Shown here: one piece after another, positions 61,361 through 64,000 of the stretch | How positions within the stretch are numbered: the stretch's first letter is position 1 | Layout of the letters: every line of letters starts with the position of its first letter | Origin: Pelagomonas calceolata | Lineage: Eukaryota | NCBI GenBank assembly: GCA_918797485.1 | Contig: CAKKNE010000004.1 | Location: 2,170,001-2,234,000 of the forward strand | Direction: 5' to 3' | DNA length: 64,000 nt | Program-made: the position numbers and the translations under genes | The notes under the pieces: generated by a model | What the model was told of the DNA's origin: nothing | The model's database searches: none | What the model saw: only the letters and a program-made list of their open reading frames with translations

Positions 61361-64000
61361 TTACCAGCTCCCGAGGATCTCCTTGATCGTCCGCTTCCGG
61401 CCCGGCGACTGTTTTTTCGCCTCCGCCGCCGCCGCCGCGGCTTGGGCCAAAGCCTCCGGCGCGCCCCTCCCTCCTTTTTTGTACACCTTGGAGATGGGGT
61501 CGTAGTACACGCCGACGGAGGTCCGCGCGTGTCTAATAGCTTCCGCTAATTGCGGCGTGGCCTTCCCTGGTTTTGGCAAATGAACATCACCTTCGACGCC
61601 GGAGAACTCCGCCAGACCGGACGACGGCATGAAGTACTGGACCGACTCGCCCACGAAAACGATGAGTGACCGACCCCTTGCTTGTAAAGCTTCCTTGAAG
61701 TCCTGACGAGTAGGTTCATGTCTACGAGCGGGCCACCACGGATACCCTCGAATCCGAGCCCACACTAGTTCGCCCGTCGGCTTCGAGGGAATATACACCG
61801 CACCGGCGCCGTCGGCCGCCGTGCCCGCGGTCGGCGCGTTACCCGACGCTAATAGACTATGAGCCGCCTTCACGCGCGCTTCCAGCGGTCCCAGGTGCTT
61901 CGCGACTTGCTCCCTTAAACCTTGATACAAACACTGAAAAGTAGCGGCGGCAGCAGGAGCTTCCGTGTGATGTACTCTTTTCAACCTAGCAACGCCAGCC
62001 CGCCACAAATCCCGATGCTTCCCCACGTCGCGATTCTTCAGGTCGCTACAAGCCCCGACGATCTCGAAGTAGTCGCGCTCGGACTCCAGGTCCTTTTCCA
62101 CTCGAGCATGTATATCTAGAATCTGATCTGGTTCTTCGTCCTGTTTCAAAGCTTCGCGACCGTGATACACGAGTTCATACAGCCCCGCCTCCACCTCCAG
62201 CGCCTTATCGCACAGTTCCGAGAGCGACGGATGCTGCTCGCTTACGACTTCCGCTGGAGGGGGTTCGCCGTCATTGCAAGCCTTGATCCTAACGAGAGTA
62301 TCGTCCAACTCCGCCGCGTTCATGCCCGCGCACGCGTTGACGTCGTTCAGTTGACAGCGCCAGGGCGCCGCTGCCTCTAAAGCTGCTTGCGCATAAGCGT
62401 CGACGTCCGCCATTTTCACTTCTCCACTCGTACCGACGAGGGTCCGAATGCGCGACGAGACGGGCTTGGCCACCTCCGGTTCAATAGCGACAGCTTGGGG
62501 CGTCGAGCCGGGCCAGGGCAGCGACGCGCACCGCGACATCTCGACGACGGACCGAGAAGCTTCTATCCTAGAAACGTCCCCATCCTCCTTCACCGGCCAC
62601 GGCGACGGCTCCACACCACCGGCACCTAGGTAAGCCGCAAACGTGCCGTCGATCTGCTCCGCCAGGTGGTTCTCGCGATGGCCTCGACAGTCGAGATTCT
62701 TCCGCACCGGTAGAGGGCCCTCCTCGACCGTCCGCCAGATATTCGTCGGGTGCGCCCGGTCGTCCTTTGAACTGACCCTAACTACAAGGGAAGGTGGAGC
62801 ATCACACTTCAGCGAAAAGTAGCGAGACCACCTCCGGTCATCCCCGAGCATGTCATTTCTGAGAGGCTGCGAGTACCGCAACTCGTCAATCGCTTCCGCG
62901 CATCGGTCCGCGTCGGCGCGAGCATGCAGCAGCTCGTCGTTCAACATACCCGCACGTTCGGGGTCGTCGCAATCATTTAATTGTTTTTGCGCGTCTTTTG
63001 CACGCCTTGCAGCTTGTCTAGCTTCCTTGGACCGGTCCTCGATGCCGTCGATGACTCTACGTATAGCCTCCTGCAAGGCTGGCGTGAGTAAGGCATCATC
63101 ACAGAGGTGTTTCAGCAAAGCGGCGGCATGCCTAGGTTGCAAAGCTGCAAAGCTTCTACGCTTCTCCGCGAACAAGTAGATAGCTTCAGCTAATGCCCCA
63201 TCGTCGCTATCGACGGCGTCGTCGAAGGGAAAGCGGTTGTAGTGGGGCACCTGTTCGATCTTCACGCGTTTGGCCCTTGGTAGATGAGATTTCCGAGGGC
63301 CACTTTCCACCAGAAACTCGGGATAAGCCGTGCGAGCGACTTCCACGATACTCCGTAACTTCCGACCACCATTGGGAGGCAGGAAGTACTTGTCCACATG
63401 GGTAGAATTGGGCCGGGGCTTTTCTTCCCTCGTCCACCCGTCGGCGTCCATGCGCGCCTCGAGGCCCTTGCGGTCTTGGACCGTTTGCGAGGTCTTCACG
63501 ATCTGCCTCGGGGCGTCGATGCGCGGCGGAGGCGGCTTCTCACCTCTCAAAACGCGTTCGAAGGTCCTCACGAGTCGTTCCGCCGCTTGCGTGAAGGGCG
63601 ACACCGGCCCGTGATACGTACTCGAATTGAGTGCTATTTGCTTGATATCTTTCTTCAATGATTCATCATCCGCATACTTCTCGAGCTTTTCTTTACATAG
63701 AGCTAAGTCAGCTACGTTCGGGCACTTTTCGTGATAATCAGGACACCCGATCTCCTCGCAGATCTCCTGCGAGAGCCGCGTCCGGAACGGGTTCGGGTCC
63801 GCTAGAGCTGGGAATTCTAACGCCCAGCACGCTTCGAGAGCTTTTCTACCGTCGGCCGAGACGCCCTTGCCCTGCGGCGCCGGCGCCGGCGCCGGCGCTG
63901 GTGCGGCTTCCGCGGGCGGGGGCGGCGCGGCGGCGGCCGGCGCGTCGACGTCCATGGCGTCGTCGCCGCCGCCTCCTCTCTCGTGCAGCACATCACCGGA
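61361..64000 (-). CDS. Chromatin protein (5' partial) with bromodomain-like, MBD-like, WHIM/WSD-like and PWWP domains
   Basis: Frame open to the window edge; PF..CPDY..DL..NSSTYH; GWTRE..DKYF.PP.G.KLRS..EV; LGDDRRWSRYF..RGHRE; VWARIRGYPWWPA. Confidence 0.85.
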   Translation of the reverse strand, partial: SGDVLHERGGGGDDAMDVDAPAAAAPPPPAEAAPAPAPAPAPQGKGVSADGRKALEACWALEFPALADPNPFRTRLSQEICEEIGCPDYHEKCPNVADLALCKEKLEKYADDESLKKDIKQIALNSSTYHGPVSPFTQAAERLVRTFERVLRGEKPPPPRIDAPRQIVKTSQTVQDRKGLEARMDADGWTREEKPRPNSTHVDKYFLPPNGGRKLRSIVEVARTAYPEFLVESGPRKSHLPRAKRVKIEQVPHYNRFPFDDAVDSDDGALAEAIYLFAEKRRSFAALQPRHAAALLKHLCDDALLTPALQEAIRRVIDGIEDRSKEARQAARRAKDAQKQLNDCDDPERAGMLNDELLHARADADRCAEAIDELRYSQPLRNDMLGDDRRWSRYFSLKCDAPPSLVVRVSSKDDRAHPTNIWRTVEEGPLPVRKNLDCRGHRENHLAEQIDGTFAAYLGAGGVEPSPWPVKEDGDVSRIEASRSVVEMSRCASLPWPGSTPQAVAIEPEVAKPVSSRIRTLVGTSGEVKMADVDAYAQAALEAAAPWRCQLNDVNACAGMNAAELDDTLVRIKACNDGEPPPAEVVSEQHPSLSELCDKALEVEAGLYELVYHGREALKQDEEPDQILDIHARVEKDLESERDYFEIVGACSDLKNRDVGKHRDLWRAGVARLKRVHHTEAPAAAATFQCLYQGLREQVAKHLGPLEARVKAAHSLLASGNAPTAGTAADGAGAVYIPSKPTGELVWARIRGYPWWPARRHEPTRQDFKEALQARGRSLIVFVGESVQYFMPSSGLAEFSGVEGDVHLPKPGKATPQLAEAIRHARTSVGVYYDPISKVYKKGGRGAPEALAQAAAAAAEAKKQSPGRKRTIKEILGSW

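Overview
Gene-dense, GC-rich, intron-poor eukaryotic nuclear DNA. ASAF-type bipartite plastid presequences, a double-bZIP factor and short introns suggest an ochrophyte alga; a pelagophyte such as Pelagomonas is my inference, not a database result. The window holds about 30 protein-coding genes, including USP5/13, DNA ligase I, a 7xC2 protein, FBPase, two ankyrin paralogs, M3 peptidase, DnaJ, TLC, HSF, an FG-nucleoporin with a cyclophilin domain, HMG, SET, LRR, cNMP-binding proteins, a METTL13-like methyltransferase, two cyclophilins, UBX and a bromo/MBD/PWWP chromatin protein. Two stop-codon recoding signals are missed by the ORF track. (1) A structurally intact tRNA gene with a CUA anticodon (reads UAG) and a Pol III terminator lies at 52064-52134 (-), although TAG clearly ends conserved genes here. 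(2) A Selenoprotein F gene has an in-frame UGA and a SECIS with an atypical apical loop. Also notable: a bipartite CTAGTGTCTTAC-N-CGCTAG motif in about 13 upstream intergenic sites, introner-like repeated introns, macro and SH3 domains inserted at the same C2 loop, a Nup358-like domain combination, a candidate MITE, and several orphan gene fragments. All domain calls are from motif recognition by eye.
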